From assembly GCA_047602405.1 (NCBI GenBank), contig JASGHJ010000001.1:1216001-1280000 (forward strand): a DNA stretch of 64,000 bases. The letters run 5' to 3'. This DNA is from Anaeromyxobacteraceae bacterium. GTDB taxonomy: Bacteria > Myxococcota > Myxococcia > Myxococcales > Anaeromyxobacteraceae. The position numbers were made by a program, and so were the translations under genes. How positions within the stretch are numbered: the stretch's first letter is position 1; the number at the start of each line of letters is the position of its first letter. The notes below the pieces were generated by a model. It had not been told where the DNA came from and ran no database searches. It saw only the letters and a program-made list of their open reading frames with translations. Below are positions 43,959 to 54,865 of the stretch, one piece after another.

Positions 43959-45358
43959 TGGCGCCCGCCCTGAAGGCCGCGCGGCTGTTCACGTACCGGG
44001 TCGGCTTCGGCGACTGCTTCCTGCTCCGGCTCGAGTACGAGGACCGGCCGCGGCACGTGCTCGTCGACTTCGGCACGACCTCCGCCGCGATCGACCCCGC
44101 GGGCCCGTCCCTCGAGGACGTCGCGAAGGAGATCGCGGCCGACTGCCAGCGACCGGGAGGTCGCTCGGGAACCCAGGGCGGGACGCTCGACGCCATCGTC
44201 GCGACGCACCGGCACCGGGATCACGTCTCCGGCTTCGCGGGTGCGTCGTGGAAGATCCTGAAGGCCTTGAAACCCGGCCTCGCCGTCATGCCCTGGACCG
44301 AGGCGCCGGACGCGCCGGTCGACGGCGGGGTCGTCCCGACCGGCACCCGGCTCGCGATCGGCGAGGCCTCCGTCGCCCACGCGCGGACGCTCCAGGCGAT
44401 CCACCGGGTCGCGGCCGCCGCCGTGAAGGAGCTCGAGCGCCGCGACGGGGAGGACGCGCGCGACGGCGGGACGGAGGAGCCCGACGAGGACGCCGCGTCC
44501 GCCTGGGACGCTGCGGACCTCGGCCCGCCGTCGGTGAACGCGCCCTTCCCGAAGCGGCTCGCCGCGCAGCTGCGCTTCGTCGGGCTCGACAACCTGCAGA
44601 ACCCGGAGGCGATGGCGAACCTGCGCGGCCTCCCGCGGGTCGACTACGTCTGCTACGGATCGAAGACGCGGCTCGAGGACGTGCTCCCCGGCGTGAAGGT
44701 CCGCGTGCTCGGGCCGCCCACGCTCGCGCAGTCGGACGCCATCCGCAGGCAGCGCACCGTCGACCGCGACGAGTTCTGGCACGTCATGGCCGCCGCCGGC
44801 GAGCAGGTCGTGCGCCCCGGCGGCCCGGACCTCTTCCCCGGCGTGAAGACCGTCGGCCCGAGCGCGCTGCCGCTCGAGACCCGCTGGTTCCTGAGGCGGC
44901 TCGACGCGCTCCGCGCCGAGGAGCTGTTCGGCATCGTCCGCGCGCTCGACGACGTGCTCAACAACACGAGCGTGATCCTGCTCCTCGAGCTGCCGGTGAA
45001 GGGCGGGAAGCCGCGGCGGGTGCTGCTCCCCGGCGACGCGCAGCTCGAGAACTGGAGCTACGCGCTCGGGCGGCCGGGCGTGAAGGAGGCGCTCGCGGGC
45101 GTCGACGTCCTCAAGGTCGGCCACCACGGCAGCCTCAACGCCACGCCGAAGACGCTCTGGAACCTGCTCGAGAAGCGCGGCGGGCCCGGGAAGCGCGGCC
45201 GGCTGCGCACCGTGCTCTCGACGCGGAAGGGGAAGCACGGCTCGGCGCAGCGGGGCACCGAGGTGCCGCGCAAGCCGCTGCTCGAGGCGCTCCAGAAGGA
45301 CTCGGAGCTGACCTCGACGATGAAGGGCAAGGCGGTGCCGCCGATCGAGCTCCTGTAG
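43958..45358 (+). CDS. ComEC/Rec2-like MBL-fold metallo-hydrolase
   Basis: VGFGDCFLL, VDFG, THRHRDH, NNTS, LLPGDA, LKVGHHGS; TGATG overlap with AAGGAGG RBS. Confidence 0.85.
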   Translation: MAPALKAARLFTYRVGFGDCFLLRLEYEDRPRHVLVDFGTTSAAIDPAGPSLEDVAKEIAADCQRPGGRSGTQGGTLDAIVATHRHRDHVSGFAGASWKILKALKPGLAVMPWTEAPDAPVDGGVVPTGTRLAIGEASVAHARTLQAIHRVAAAAVKELERRDGEDARDGGTEEPDEDAASAWDAADLGPPSVNAPFPKRLAAQLRFVGLDNLQNPEAMANLRGLPRVDYVCYGSKTRLEDVLPGVKVRVLGPPTLAQSDAIRRQRTVDRDEFWHVMAAAGEQVVRPGGPDLFPGVKTVGPSALPLETRWFLRRLDALRAEELFGIVRALDDVLNNTSVILLLELPVKGGKPRRVLLPGDAQLENWSYALGRPGVKEALAGVDVLKVGHHGSLNATPKTLWNLLEKRGGPGKRGRLRTVLSTRKGKHGSAQRGTEVPRKPLLEALQKDSELTSTMKGKAVPPIELL

Positions 45359-45376
45359 GTGCGGGAGGCCTCCGCG

Positions 45377-47696
45377 TCAGCGGACCGTGAACGTCGCGTG
45401 GAGCGATCGCGGATCGGAGGCGTCGGCCGAAGCCCCGACCCGCACGGCGTAGGCGAGCTTCTCGACCCTCATCGCCCCCGCCCCGGCGTCCCACCACGCG
45501 AGATCCTCCGCGCGGATGGAGAGGGACACCGGCCGGGTCTCCCCGGGCGCGATCTCCGCGACGCGGGCGAAGGCCTTCAGCTCCTGCGCCGGCCGGCCCC
45601 ACGCGCCCGCCACGGCGCTCCCCGGGTAGCTCACGTAGGCCTGCACCACGTCCGTGCCGGTCACCGGCCCGGTGTTGGTGACGTCCACCGTCAGCACGAC
45701 CTCGCCGTCGTCGGCCACCACCGGGGACTTCACCGAGAGGTTGGAGTAGGCGAACGTGGTGTAGCTCTGGCCGAAGCCGAACGGGTAGCGGGGCGTGATG
45801 CCTCCGCGGTCGAGCCACCGGTAACCGTGGAAGTAGCCCACCGCGACGTCCTCCGGAGTGGTGTTCGGGAACGGCGGGAGGTCCGCCTCCGCCACGGGGA
45901 AGCTCTGCACGAGCCGGCCGCTCGGGTTCAGGTCGCCGAAGACGAGCTCCCCGAGCGCGGTCCCCTCGCTCATGCCGCCGAACCACGCCATGAGGAGCGC
46001 GTCCACGCCGGTGACCCACGGATCGACCCGCACCGCCCCGCCGGCTCTTCACGATCACCACCACGGCGAGGCCGGGGTCGGCCTGCTTCAGGGCGACCGC
46101 CGCGGCGATGTTCGCGAGATCGCGGGCCGGGAGGGCCAGGGAGGCGCGGTCCTTCCACTGGCCCTCCTCGCCGGAGGCGCTCCTCGCGAGATCGGCCGGG
46201 TGGTAGGCCGCGATCACGAAGACGACCTGCGCGCCGGCGAGCTCCGCCTCGTGACCGGCCACGGTCGGGAACGTGAGCGCGCACCTCGCGGCCGAACCGC
46301 AGGCGGTCTTCGACGGGTTGGAGGCGCCGAGCGCAGCGGCGAGGCCCTCGTAGGGCGTCACCACGAGGCCGGGGTCCAGGGCGTACGTGGCGGACTCGCC
46401 CCGGTCCCCCGTCAGCTCGGCGTCCGCGAAGCTCCCGATCACGGCGAGCTTCGTCACGGCCTCGCGTGAGAGGGGCAGCACGTCGTCGGCGAGCGCCGCG
46501 GTGGGGCCGTTCTCCAGCAGGACCACGCCCTCCTCCGCGGCGCGCAGCGCGAGCGCGCGCGCGTCCGCGCCTTGCACGAGCCTGGGCGACGTGGAGGCCG
46601 GGTGGTCGAGGAGGCCGAACGCGACCTTGCGGCTGACGATCCGCAGCGCCGCCTCGTCGACGTACCGCGCGTCCACCACGCCCTGCTCGACCAGGCGCAC
46701 GAGGGACGCGCCGTAGGGGTAGCAGGGCCCGAAGTCACCGCACCACCCGCTGAAGGGCATGTAGACGTCGAGCCCTGCCGCCAGCGAGCGGAGGTCGCTC
46801 GCGTTCGCGAACCATTCGGAGACCGTGAAGCCGGTGAACCCCCAGCCGCCCCGGAGCACGCCGCGGAGGAGCGCCTCGCTGACGGTCACGTAGCTCCCGT
46901 TCACGCGGTTCGCGGGGGTCTGGACGGCCGCCGCGCCCTCTTTCACGGCGCGTGCGAGCGGGGCGAGGAGCACCTCGTGCAGGGTCCGTTCGTCCGCGAC
47001 GGCGTTCGCGTAGAACTTCGAGTCCTCGAGCCCGAGCTGACCGAGCTGGCCCGCGCACGCCATCACGCGGTACGTGTCCTCGAGGGGCTGGTCGGGGTCG
47101 GCAGGATCCACCGCCGCGGGATCGTGCTGCGCGCCGCGCACGAACGCCGCGCCCATCTCGCCCGTGAGGAACACGTCCTCGCCGTAGGACTCCTGCGCCC
47201 GGCCCCAGCGAGGATGGCGGACCGGGTCGAGCAGCGGCGCGACCAGCACGTGGTAGCCGGCGTACCGCACCTCGCGGGCGATCGCCTTGCCGATCCGACG
47301 CTCGAGCTCGAGATCCCAGGACGCCGCGCGCGCGGCCGCCACCGGGAACACGGTGGAGCCCTGGCCGTCGCCCCGCAGGCGCCGGGAGGCCATGCCGCGC
47401 GAGCCCCAAAGGTAGCCGAGCCCGGGGATGCCGAGGCGGGGCTCGTCCTCCTGCTGGTCCGCGTTCATCGGGTCGTACTGGCCCTTGCCACTCATCTGGC
47501 GGACCTTCTCCTCGAGCGTCATCTGCGCGACGAGCGCCTGCGCGCGGCGCACGGCGGGATCCGCGCAGGGCACGCCGGCGCGATCGGGGAGCGTGCAGTC
47601 GTACGGGTCGGGCTCCGGGCTGCTGGAGCCTCTGCAGGCCGCCGCGGCGAGCAGCGCCACGACGACGACGAACGTCGACCGATGCCGGGGGAGCAT
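45377..47696 (-). CDS. GH3 beta-glucosidase-like lipoprotein with Fn3-like tail, +1 frameshift near 46043
   Basis: MTLEEKV, FP...ARAASWD, PRWGRAQESYGED, GVVLLEN; second frame AWFGG, PSGRL, GYRW, YPFGFGQSYTTF, ELKAF. Confidence 0.85.
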
Positions 47697-47772
47697 GCCG
47701 ACGAGGCTCGACCCCTCGCGGGTTCGCGTCCAGTGAAGCGATGCCGCAGCCGCACCGCGGGTGCGGCGGGCT

Positions 47773-48213
47773 CTACCCGCGCACCCGCTGCACGAACCAC
47801 CAGCGGTGGCCCTCGGGGTCGACCGCCTCGTACGAGCGGTCGGCCCAGAACTCCGCGCCGTAGTCGCTCGTCGTCGGCTCGACCGAGATCGTCGCGCCGG
47901 CCGCGCGGGCGCGGGCGCAGTGCGCGTCGGCGTCGTCGACGTAGAGCATCAGGCTCGACGTCACCTTCCCGCCGAGCGCCTTCGGGCTGACCTTCAGGTC
48001 CTCGCCCGGACGGCCGCGGCCGCCGAGGCTGTTGACCATCACGAGCGCGCCATCGAGCACGAGCTGGGAGTGCTCGATGCGGCCGTTCTGGCCCGGCACG
48101 ACGAGCTCCGCCTCGAAGCCGAACGCCTTCTGCAGCCAGGCGATGGCGGCCCTGGGGTCCTCGTAGTGCACGGCGACGCTCATCCGGGGCCAGCCGCGGG
48201 GAGGTGGGCGCAT
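47773..48213 (-). CDS. VOC/glyoxalase (PhnB-like) protein
   Basis: YEDPRAAIAWLQKAFGF, LYVDDADAH, DPEGHRWWF. Confidence 0.85.
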   Translation of the reverse strand: MRPPPRGWPRMSVAVHYEDPRAAIAWLQKAFGFEAELVVPGQNGRIEHSQLVLDGALVMVNSLGGRGRPGEDLKVSPKALGGKVTSSLMLYVDDADAHCARARAAGATISVEPTTSDYGAEFWADRSYEAVDPEGHRWWFVQRVRG

Positions 48214-48352
48214 GGCGGAGGTATGTCCGACCCCCGCGCTAGAGTGGCGTCCCGATCGGGCCATCAGGCCCGACCGGTACCACGGCGCCACCCCGCCTCG
48301 ACGAGCTCCGCCGCCTCGACGAACTCCGCCTCACCACAACGCGACAGGCCCC

Positions 48353-49288
48353 ATGCTCCGACAGCTCATCAACGACTTCTCCTGGTCGAAGTCCCGCCAC
48401 GAGAAGTTCAAGGAGTGCAGGCGGGCCTACTGGTACACGTACTACGGCTCCTGGGGTGGCTGGGAGGCGCCGCGCGGCTCCGAGACGCGCGAGCTCTACG
48501 TCCTCAAGAAGCTGTCTTCGCGCTGGCAGTGGGCCGGCCACACCGTGCACCGGGCGGTGAAGGCGACGCTCGACCGCGCCCGCGTCACCGGCGACTTCTG
48601 GCCGGTCGACCGCGTCATCGAGCGCGCTCGGCTGCGCGCCCGCGCGGAGTGGGCGTCCTCGCGCGACAAGGCGTACTGGGGCGAGCCGTCGCGCATCCCC
48701 GGGCTCGTCGAGCACGAGTACGGTGAGGTCGTGCCGGACGGCGACTGGAAGCGCCTCTGGGACGCGACCGTCGAGGGCTCGCTGCGCGCGCTGTGGGCCT
48801 CGCCGACCTGGGAGGAGATCCGGCGCACGCCGGCGAAGGACTGGCTCACGGTCGACGAGCTCGTGGAGTGGTCGTTCGAGGGCACGAAGGTCTGGCTCGC
48901 GATCGACTTCGCCTACCGCGACGCCGACGGCCGCGTGCACGTCCTCGACTGGAAGACCGGCAAGGAGCGCGGCGTCGACCACGTGCAGGTCGGCATCTAC
49001 GCGCTCTACGCGAAGGACCGCTGGCAGGTGCCGGTGGACGGCGTCGTGGGCGGCCTCGTCTACACGGTGCCCGAGCAGCCGGGCGGCGTCGCCGAGCGCG
49101 TCTCGGTCGCGGTCGACGCGGCGTCGCTCGACTCCACGACCGCCGAGATGCTCACGTCCATCGCCGCCATGAAGGCGGTGCTCGCCGATCCCGAGAAGAA
49201 CGTCGCCGACCCGGCGCAGTTCCCGCGGCTCGAGGCGCGCGAGGCCTGCAGGCGCTGCCCGTTCCGGCGGCCCTGCGGCCGGGTCTGA
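48353..49288 (+). CDS. PD-(D/E)XK nuclease, Cas4/AddB-like with a four-Cys Fe-S staple
   Basis: FSWS....F.EC.R.YW, IDFA...DWKTG, Q.GIY, C-terminal CRRCPFRRPC. Confidence 0.85.
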   Translation: MLRQLINDFSWSKSRHEKFKECRRAYWYTYYGSWGGWEAPRGSETRELYVLKKLSSRWQWAGHTVHRAVKATLDRARVTGDFWPVDRVIERARLRARAEWASSRDKAYWGEPSRIPGLVEHEYGEVVPDGDWKRLWDATVEGSLRALWASPTWEEIRRTPAKDWLTVDELVEWSFEGTKVWLAIDFAYRDADGRVHVLDWKTGKERGVDHVQVGIYALYAKDRWQVPVDGVVGGLVYTVPEQPGGVAERVSVAVDAASLDSTTAEMLTSIAAMKAVLADPEKNVADPAQFPRLEAREACRRCPFRRPCGRV

Positions 49289-49383
49289 GCCCACACGGGG
49301 GCTCCTCCTCGTTCGGGTGCGGGCGCCCGCCCGGGACCCGGTTAAGGGCCTCCGGTCCGATCCAGGACTGTCGAGGAGGCTCC

Positions 49384-49623
49384 ATGAAGGCGAACAAGCT
49401 GCTCCGGGTGCTCGTCGTCGGCGGAATCGCGCTCGCAGGCTCGGCCGGCGCCGCGCGCGCGGACGACAAGCCGGCCGGCGAGGCCCAGAAGGAGACGAAG
49501 CACGCCGCCAAGGGCGACGCCAAGGCGAAGGACGCCAAGGCCAAGAAGGACGCCGAGGCGAAGAAGGAGAAGGAAGAGAAGGAGAAGAAGGACGGCGAGG
49601 CCGGCGGCGTGAAGGGCTGGTGA
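49384..49623 (+). CDS. 79-aa Lys/Glu-rich small protein with hydrophobic N-terminus, ending GGVKGW
   Basis: GAGGAGG RBS at 49373-49379; strongly GC3-biased codons; TGATG overlap with the next gene. Confidence 0.8.
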   Translation: MKANKLLRVLVVGGIALAGSAGAARADDKPAGEAQKETKHAAKGDAKAKDAKAKKDAEAKKEKEEKEKKDGEAGGVKGW

Positions 49624-50351
49624 TGGACCTCGGCGGGCCGCCAGCGGTCCGGGCCGTCGCGGCCGCCGCCTGGCGGTTCCGCCACGCCGTCGAGTGCGAC
49701 GCCGAGCTCCGGTTCGCGCGACTCGCCGATCGCATCGAGCGGACCGGGCTCGCGCCCGCGCTCGTGGAGCTCGCGCGTCGCGCCTCGGCCGACGAGCGGC
49801 GCCACGCCGCGCACTGCGCGCGGCTCGCCGCGGCGCTCGGCGACCCGGTGCCGGACGGGCCGCCGCCCCCACCGGCCGACGTCGCGCCGCCCGGGCTCGA
49901 GGAGGAGGACGCGCTCACGTACGAGCTCGTCGCGGCCTCGTGCGTGACCGAGTCGGAGAGCGTCGCGGTGCTGACCGCGCTCCTCCCGGCGGCGAAGGAC
50001 CCGTCGCTCCGCGACGCCCTTCACGAGCTCGCGCGCGACGAGGTCGGACACGCGCGGCTCGGCTGGGCGTGGCTCGCCATCGCCGCTGCCCGCGGGAGGA
50101 CCGGGTTCCTCGGCCGGTGGCTGCCGGACATGCTGGCGGGGACCATCGACGACGACCTCTTCGGCGAGGTCGCGCCGTCCCGGGAGGACCCGGGGCTGCT
50201 CGCGCTCGGCGTCCTGCCGCACGCACGGAAGCGCGCGCTCTTCGTGCAGACGCTCGAGGAGGTCGTGCTCCCCGGGTTCGACGGCGCCGGGGTCGACACC
50301 GGGCCGGCGCGGGCGTGGCTGGCGGCGCGAGAGGCCGCGGCCCGGTCCTGA
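49623..50351 (+). CDS. Ferritin-like diiron-carboxylate protein
   Basis: E (AVEC), DERRH, E (CVTE), DEVGH: two ExxH helices plus two Glu ligands. Confidence 0.8.
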   Translation: MDLGGPPAVRAVAAAAWRFRHAVECDAELRFARLADRIERTGLAPALVELARRASADERRHAAHCARLAAALGDPVPDGPPPPPADVAPPGLEEEDALTYELVAASCVTESESVAVLTALLPAAKDPSLRDALHELARDEVGHARLGWAWLAIAAARGRTGFLGRWLPDMLAGTIDDDLFGEVAPSREDPGLLALGVLPHARKRALFVQTLEEVVLPGFDGAGVDTGPARAWLAAREAAARS

Positions 50352-50393
50352 CCGGGGGCAGCGCGGCCGGGGCCTCACGAGCTGCGGGACTGC

Positions 50394-50690
50394 TCAGAGC
50401 TGCGCGGCGAGGAGCGACTTCAGGTGCTTCACGTACGCCAGGAAGGCGGCGCGGCCCCGCTCGGTGAGCCGGTAGGTGGAGCGGGGCTTCTTGCCAGCGA
50501 AGCCCTTCTTCACCGCCACGTAGCCCGCCTCCTCGAGCTTCGTGAGGTGCACGGAGAGGTTGCCGTCCGTGGCGCCCACCCGCTCGCGCAGGTGCGTGAA
50601 CTCGGCCTCGTCGAGCGTCGCGAGGAGCGAGAGCACCGCGAGCCGGACCGGGGCGTGGACGATCGGGTCGAGCTCCGGGAGCTCAGGCAC
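50394..50690 (-). CDS. Winged-helix transcriptional regulator (HTH_34-like)
   Basis: LDPIVHAPVRL, TDGNLSVHL.KLEEAGYV, K.F.G.KPR..Y.LT..GR.AF..Y. Confidence 0.9.
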   Translation of the reverse strand: MPELPELDPIVHAPVRLAVLSLLATLDEAEFTHLRERVGATDGNLSVHLTKLEEAGYVAVKKGFAGKKPRSTYRLTERGRAAFLAYVKHLKSLLAAQL

Positions 50691-51273
50691 GGGCGCCTCC
50701 GGCCCGCTCCTGCGCCATGAGCCAGAGCCCGAAGGCGACCTCGAAGAGGAGCGCCGCGGCGGCGAACGCGGCCTGCCCGGCCGCGGTGGGCGCGCGGGCG
50801 ACGACGAGCGAGGTCACGAACCAGCCCGCGCCGACGGCGAGCTGCAGGCGGAGGTCCAGCATGAGGCCGCTCGCGACGTTCGCGCCACCCAGGAGGAGGA
50901 GGATGAGGGCGACGAGCGCCTCGCGGGAGAGGCCGGCGCCCGGAGCGAGCGCGATGAGGACGAAGAGGCTCACCACGAATGCGTTCCAGATCGCCGCGAC
51001 ACCGCGCGCCGGCTGCGTCCGCGGCTGGCCACGGCGCAGCACCGTCGCGAGCACGGCGGTGGCGACGCCGCAGCCCATCATCGTCACGCCCCACGCGAGG
51101 TTCTGCTGATCCGGGGCGAGCGCGGTCCACCCGAGCGCCGCGAGGTGGCCGGCGCCCCAGAGCACGAACGCCCACCCCCAGCGCCACGTCGTCCTGCGCC
51201 CGTCGGCGATCATCTTCTCGATGAGCTCGATGCGCCCCACGAGCTCGCTGCCCTGCGTGCCGTGCTCGGTCAT
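50683..51273 (-). CDS. Multi-TM membrane protein co-transcribed with the wHTH regulator
   Basis: GGAGG RBS; I..MI...R N-terminus, FVLWG, about 6 hydrophobic segments. Confidence 0.75.
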   Translation of the reverse strand: MTEHGTQGSELVGRIELIEKMIADGRRTTWRWGWAFVLWGAGHLAALGWTALAPDQQNLAWGVTMMGCGVATAVLATVLRRGQPRTQPARGVAAIWNAFVVSLFVLIALAPGAGLSREALVALILLLLGGANVASGLMLDLRLQLAVGAGWFVTSLVVARAPTAAGQAAFAAAALLFEVAFGLWLMAQERAGGARA

Positions 51274-51286
51274 CGCAACCTCCATG

Positions 51287-51309
51287 CAAAGCACTTTGTA
51301 CAGCAAAGT
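51287..51309. promoter_or_regulatory. Probable operator ACTTTG-N5-CAAAGT
   Basis: AT-rich palindrome at 51293-51309 plus an extra CAAAG half-site at 51287, directly upstream of the membrane protein-wHTH operon. Confidence 0.6.
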
Positions 51310-51360
51310 ACGTGAAGTCAAGGCCAGGGAGGTTCCTCCGTGAAGACGGGGACTTCGGGA

Positions 51361-51398
51361 GTGTCCGGCACCGCCGGGCTCAACGTGTCCGGCACCGC
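51361..51398 (-). repeat. Two GTGTCCGGCACCGC copies at 24-bp spacing
   Basis: Identical 14-mers at 51361 and 51385; reverse complement of the GGTGCCGGACAC motif. Confidence 0.7.
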
Positions 51399-51844
51399 AG
51401 CTTCACCGCCCGCACCGCCACGCCGCCCGGCAGCGGCACGCGGACGGCGGGGCCGTAGCGGAAGCCGAGCGCCTCGTAGAACGGCACGGCGCCGGGGGCG
51501 GCGAGCGCGACGACCGAGGCGTGGCCGGCGCGACGCGCGCGGGCGAGGAGCGTCCGCACGAGGCGCGCGCCGAGGCCTCGACGCGCATGGCGCGGGTGCA
51601 CGAAGCACGCGCTGAGCTCGCGCCCGTGGAGCGCGGCGTAGGCGACGACGCGCCCCCGGTGCTCCGCGACGAGGTACCGCTCGCCGCCGACGCTCATGGC
51701 CCAGCGGTGATACAGCGGCGGCAACGAGGACCACGCGGCGAGCGTGCGCGCGGGGACGGTCCCGCGCGCGAGCCCCAGGATCGCGGCGCGCATCACGCGC
51801 GCGCAGGCCGGGGCGTCGGCGAGCGTGCCGCGCCGGAGCTTCAC
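51380..51844 (-). CDS. GNAT acetyltransferase
   Basis: GTG 51844 (GTGA overlap); FVHPRHARRGLG, AVPFYEALGF. Confidence 0.85.
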   Translation of the reverse strand: MKLRRGTLADAPACARVMRAAILGLARGTVPARTLAAWSSLPPLYHRWAMSVGGERYLVAEHRGRVVAYAALHGRELSACFVHPRHARRGLGARLVRTLLARARRAGHASVVALAAPGAVPFYEALGFRYGPAVRVPLPGGVAVRAVKLRCRTR

Positions 51845-53601
51845 GGCCGCGCGGCCGCCCGGAGCACCGGGTAGCGCCGGTAGTTCCGGTCCCAGGACGG
51901 ATGGCGCCTCGCCCACCAGTCGAGGCGGTCGTCGCGCCGCGTGGCGCCGGCGGCGGGCGCCTTCCCGGCCGGGGTGGGCGACTCGGGCGGGAAGGCCCTC
52001 TCGAACTCGGCCTTCACGGCGGGGTCCTTCAGCTGCTCGCGGGCCCACGTCTCGAGGACGTACGGCTCGATGTACTCGGCCCGGACGAAGTGAGGGTTGA
52101 ACTCCCCCCACGCCAGGAACGAGTCCGGCGCCTCCGGCTCGAGGAGGCTCGCCGCCATGAGCGCGCGCGGCTGCGCGGCCGGGATCCACAGCGCGCCGGC
52201 GCGGACCTCGTGCCGCTCCGGTCGCCACGCGCCCTTCACGGTGAGCCGCTGCCGGCCCTCGTTCGAGGTCGCGCCGAACTCGACCGTGTCGGCCCGGTAG
52301 GCCTCCACGTCCGCCCCCGCGACCGTCGCGGCGACGCGCTCGAACCGCACGCCGTGCAGCCGGAGGCGCTCCTCGAGCCGCGCCGCGTGTGCCGCGGGCA
52401 CGATCCAGCCGCCCGCCGGCAGGGTCACCGTGAGCGACGGCCTGGGGTCCTGCCGGACCGGCACGTCCAGCACCGCCGGCGTGCCCTCGTCGTAGACCGG
52501 GATCGGCGTGCCGGTGATGACCGAGGCCGGCCGCGTGTACGCGTAGCCCTGGAACGCGAACCTCTCGACGCGCTCGCCCTCGCTCCAGGCGAGCACGACG
52601 TCCTTCCCGGCGAGGCCGTTCGCGGCCGCGTCCGCCGCGTCCTCGGCGGCGCGCCAGGCGGCGCCGCGCTCGGCGCCGAGCGCGAGCAGCACCTCGACGA
52701 AGTCGACGGCGGTCTTCACCCGGTGCGCGTACGGTCGCCACGAGTGCGCCTCGTAGAGGATGCCCAGCCGGTTGCGGTTCGCCCAGTACGACTGCGAGAA
52801 GCGCGGCGGCGCGACGCCGGTGGCGAAGCCGCTCGTCGGATCGCGCTCGTCCTCGAAGGATGGGTAGAAGTCGAGCGGCAGGTGCCCGCGCGCGGTCATC
52901 CGCTCCTGGATCGCCTGCGAGAGCGCGTCGCCCACCGGCCGCAGCGAGGCGTCCCAGCCGAGGCGCGGCTCGACCATGATCGACACGTCGTGGCGGAACT
53001 TCGAGCCGTCGGTGACGTGCAGGTCGGCGTAGACGACCGGATCCCACTCGGAGAGGAGCCGCAGCATCGCGCGCGTCTCGGGCGCGTCGGCCTTCACGTA
53101 GTCGCGGTTGAGGTTGAGGTTCTGCGCGTTCGTGCGCCAGCCGCCCTCGGCGGGGCCGCGCTGGTTCGGGCGCTGGTCGGGGCCGAAGCGCTCGTGGCCG
53201 TCCACGTTGAAGACCGGCACGAAGACCGCGGTGACGCGCCCGAGGGCCCCGCCGTCCTTCGACGCGAGCAGCGGCCGGAGCGCCATGAAGCCCGCGTCCT
53301 TCCCGTCGAGCTCGCCCGCGTGGATGGCGCCGTGGAAGAGCACCACCGGGCGCTTCCTCGCGCGGGCGGCCTTCGCGTCGAGCACGCCGTCGGCGCTCGC
53401 CGCGAGCGCGACCATGGGCCGGCCCTCCGGCGTCTCGCCGAACGTGAAGCAGCGCGCGCGTCGCGGGTGGGCGGCGGCGAAGGCGCGGCAGAGCGCGACG
53501 GCCTCGTCGTAGCGCCCGGTGCGCTCGAAGCCTGACTTCTCGGCCGTGGTGAGGAGGTCGGGGGAGGCCGAGACGGCCAGTGCGAGCAGGGGAGCGAGCA
53601 T
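51841..53601 (-). CDS. M14 family zinc carboxypeptidase, secreted
   Basis: Signal peptide; IHAGE (HxxE), NVDGHE, NLNRD, DLHVTDG. Confidence 0.9.
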   Translation of the reverse strand: MLAPLLALAVSASPDLLTTAEKSGFERTGRYDEAVALCRAFAAAHPRRARCFTFGETPEGRPMVALAASADGVLDAKAARARKRPVVLFHGAIHAGELDGKDAGFMALRPLLASKDGGALGRVTAVFVPVFNVDGHERFGPDQRPNQRGPAEGGWRTNAQNLNLNRDYVKADAPETRAMLRLLSEWDPVVYADLHVTDGSKFRHDVSIMVEPRLGWDASLRPVGDALSQAIQERMTARGHLPLDFYPSFEDERDPTSGFATGVAPPRFSQSYWANRNRLGILYEAHSWRPYAHRVKTAVDFVEVLLALGAERGAAWRAAEDAADAAANGLAGKDVVLAWSEGERVERFAFQGYAYTRPASVITGTPIPVYDEGTPAVLDVPVRQDPRPSLTVTLPAGGWIVPAAHAARLEERLRLHGVRFERVAATVAGADVEAYRADTVEFGATSNEGRQRLTVKGAWRPERHEVRAGALWIPAAQPRALMAASLLEPEAPDSFLAWGEFNPHFVRAEYIEPYVLETWAREQLKDPAVKAEFERAFPPESPTPAGKAPAAGATRRDDRLDWWARRHPSWDRNYRRYPVLRAAARP

Positions 53602-53626
53602 GGGGCGGCATCATAGCCGCCCCGGC

Positions 53627-54865
<1,239 letters not shown>

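Noticed and set aside
48293..48328. 18-bp tandem duplication CCGCCTCGACGARCTCCG upstream of the Cas4-like gene
   Set aside because: Only two adjacent units with no spacer; likely replication slippage, not a CRISPR remnant
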